Source: the human T2T-CHM13v2.0 reference genome, Homo sapiens
Strand: one strand, 5' to 3'
Length of the DNA: 64,000 nt
NCBI RefSeq assembly: GCF_009914755.1
Contig: NC_060938.1
The first letter of the stretch is position 1; the number at the start of each line of letters is the position of its first letter. Made by a program: the position numbers and the translations under genes. Below are positions 61,040 through 64,000 of this stretch, piece by piece. The notes under the pieces are model-generated. The model saw only the letters and a list, made by a program, of their open reading frames with translations, was not told the origin of the DNA and ran no database searches.

Positions 61040-64000
61040 GGAATAAAAGGACACTGATGCTCCAGAAGGCCTTGAGAGTTTGCAGCTGCTTTGTTGTGGT
61101 GGGACGTGGGTAGGCCTGCACCTTATCTATGATGGCAGATGGAATGACTTTAGTTTTACCCAACCAGATGACACCAACTATTTGACTGATAAGCCTGGAC
61201 CCTGGATTTTGTCTGTATTAACCTCCCATCCTCTATTCAGCAAGTGAGACAGCAAGACAGGGGCTGTAATTTATAAGCTGAAAAAAGACTCAGAGGTTAT
61301 CATGATAACACCAATGTAGTGGAAAACATGTATCCCCTTTGGGTCAGCCCATCGACTGAGGTTGGAGGTCACTAGGCTGTGAGATTTGGGCTGTGTAAAT
61401 ATCCCTGGAACAAGACAGTAAAAGTCCATTGTTCTTTTTAGGTTAATGCAAATTGATCTTGACTCTGGGGCAACAGAAATGCTGAAGAAGGTATTGACTA
61501 AACTGATAAGGAAATGCTACGTGGCTAACACCTCTCCTATTCTCGTCAGACTGGAGGAGATATTAGGAACAGCTGCATTCACTCGGGAGACCACCTTATT
61601 TAACTCCCAGTAATCTACTGTCATTCTCCATGTCTCAACTGGCCTCTGCATGGGCCATGCAGGTCTGTTGTAGGAACCATGCAGTGGCCTCCTAATGCCT
61701 ACCTGGGCTAGCTCCTTAACAATCTTCATGATTGGATCATCTTCCCCTCCCAGGGCAGGTGGTGTTGCTCCAGCTGTGGGACTCCCCATGGGTTGGCAGC
61801 TCTACTGGCATCCAGTTTGCCTTCTGCTTGGTCACACACATCACCACTCTAACTCTCCGTTGGAATTCCCTGGCCGTTGTTTGGAGGGTCACGCCTAAGA
61901 AGATATCCATTCTCATGTGTTCTAGGATGGAAGCTGTGTATACTACACAGGGTCTGGGTGGCAGTCCCCCAGGTCGTATCACTAGTTCAACCGGTCTGAC
62001 TTCCGTGGCCCTTCCATAACCACCTATTGCCGCTATGGGCCCAGAGAACTGGTAGGTGTTGCCAGTTAGAGCACATTCGTTGTCTGGCCACCCTGACTGG
62101 CTCCTTGGCTGTCTCTCTTCCTTTGGTGCCATTGTTCTTCATCACAGTAGGGTGCATCCCTTGCTTACTCAGTTTCTTCTTTTCTCCTAAGTCAGCAACT
62201 ACCTGGGGCACATGAAATGTTGGCTGCCCTCCCAGGGGGCTTAACATGGAAATCAGTGCACCATGCCATTGGGTAGGCACTGAATACATAACTGTAGCTT
62301 TTATTTTGCAGTAAACAATTCATTGTTGGGACTTCAATAATTCTCAGCATAATTAGCATGCCTCATCTCGACTCCCAGAAGATATCCTGCAACTCTTCTA
62401 TAGTCTGCCATTGAGAACGAGCTGTGGGGGCATCTTCCTCATTGGACCCGGCCCCCTTGGAGCCTGCAACCACTTACCATAAAGGTGCCATCATAGGGCT
62501 GGATGGTTTGTGATGGGTGTCATTTTACTCATCTTGAGTCCAGAGAGTATAATACTCTCCACCCCCTATCCCATAGAGAAGCCACCCTGTGATCCACTCT
62601 CTCCCCTTGTGTCTGAATCCAATTCTAAGCTCCCCCAATTCCACAGTGGTGGAATTCCGCATTGTGGTGCACTGCCTTCTCTTAGGTGGGGGAAAGTTCT
62701 GTGGGGCTAACTTCTGCTGGCACAGTTGGCCCACTTTTATGTTGGTGGTGACCACCACAAGTACCATTTGGCTACAGACTGTGTCCTGGCATTCCAAGGC
62801 TTTTGTGTCTGGAAGGCATCCTTTAGCCAGCCTGCTAAAGGTTGTTCCGGATGTGGAGTGGCCCTCTTTGTCACATCCTACACTCGTAAGGCATGACATG
62901 TAGTGCAGTTGCTACTCCTAAACAGTATATCTCACTTCAGCTTCCTTCTGTCTTTGAGACCAGGGTCTTAGGGACACACACTTATGTCCTTGCCTTTAAC
63001 ACAGTCCCCACCTAAACCCCTCAGGGTAACTGACTACATCCAATTCACAGGGCTGTCCCTGCACTAGAACTCCCAAGGTTTGTATTCATTTCACTGTGAC
63101 TTCAGCTTCTTCAGAGCCCTCATCCTCCCTTTTGGAACAGTCGCAGTGGGGCACCTTCTTGTCTAAGTGCCATGGGGGCCCAAGGGGTTTGCCGAAATGG
63201 GGAATAAAGGATCGCCAATGTCCCAGGAGGCCTTGGGAGGTTTCCAACTGCTTTGGTGTGGTGGGACATGAGTAGACCTGCATCTTATCTTATCTATGAT
63301 GAAATATGGAATAACTATAGTCTTATGTAACCAGATGACACCAAGTATTTGACTGATAAGCCTGGACCCTGGACTTTGTCCGCATTGACCTCCCATCCTC
63401 TGTTCACCAAGTGAGACAGCAAAGCAGGGGCTGCAGAGCAAGAACCTTTATGGACTCATCCTAACCTTCATCTCCTTCCCACTGGAGCTCTACATCGGAC
63501 GCCAGGACTTAGGCTCCCAGGATGACGTAGTCATAGTAGTCCTAATGCATTGGTGTGGCAGTCAGCAACACTTTAAATGGCCTACCAAATAAACAATAGT
63601 CTCCAATTTGCTATCCTATCCCTACAGGCGGCATCTCATTATAGTTACAACTGTTCTCGTGGCTGACACACCCTAGCCTGTGCAATGAGCTCTGCCTCAG
63701 TGGTTGCTCAGAGTGCAGTCAGGAGTGGCCAACAGCTGCCACAGCTCAGGAATCTGACTGTCACTTTGTCACATTGTCACATCCACCTCAGGCAACAGGT
63801 CCTCCAGAACTTTTGGCATTTTGGAGGCATCCCCGTACACATGCAGCGGGCCCCATCCATCAAGGATTGCAGCTGTTGGGCCCACAGAGATGTGCATGGC
63901 CTGCCTGGGATTTCCTCACAGGTCTCCCCTTCCTTGACGCTGTTGTCTAAGAGCTTGCAGGATTTTCTTTGACCTTGTTCTGGGCCTACCAGTTGTCATG
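61040..64000 (-). mobile_element. Ancient class III (ERVL/HERV16-like) internal fragments: gag, protease, RT
   Basis: RT-like ELAQVGIRRPLHGSYNRPAWPMQRPVETWRMTVDYWELNKV; PTTPKQLETSQGLLGHWRSFIPHF; gag-like GREWITGWLL. Confidence 0.75.

Overview
This is human (primate) genomic DNA from the V-to-D intergenic part of the immunoglobulin heavy-chain locus (14q32.33), with the Ig genes on the minus strand. In order it holds the FAM30A/KIAA0125 lncRNA (+, with several minisatellites), the functional D-proximal segment IGHV6-1 (leader, V exon, 23-RSS, variant octamer), the pseudogene IGHVII-1-1, a dense L1/LTR/Alu block with a full-length L1PA, the ADAM6 pseudogene, the RPS8 processed pseudogene and ERVL fragments. 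Gene names come from recognising the sequences, not from a database search. The most interesting unexplained structure is at 52.9-54.3 kb: a ~29-copy 37-bp E-box-rich minisatellite joined directly to a ~15-copy array of CTCF-motif units. The array resembles a VH 3' flank but points opposite to the VH-associated CTCF site, and it sits between 82-bp inverted repeats. It is a candidate boundary or loop-anchor element. A second pair of inverted repeats (~490 bp) brackets IGHV6-1. All functional interpretations are hypotheses.
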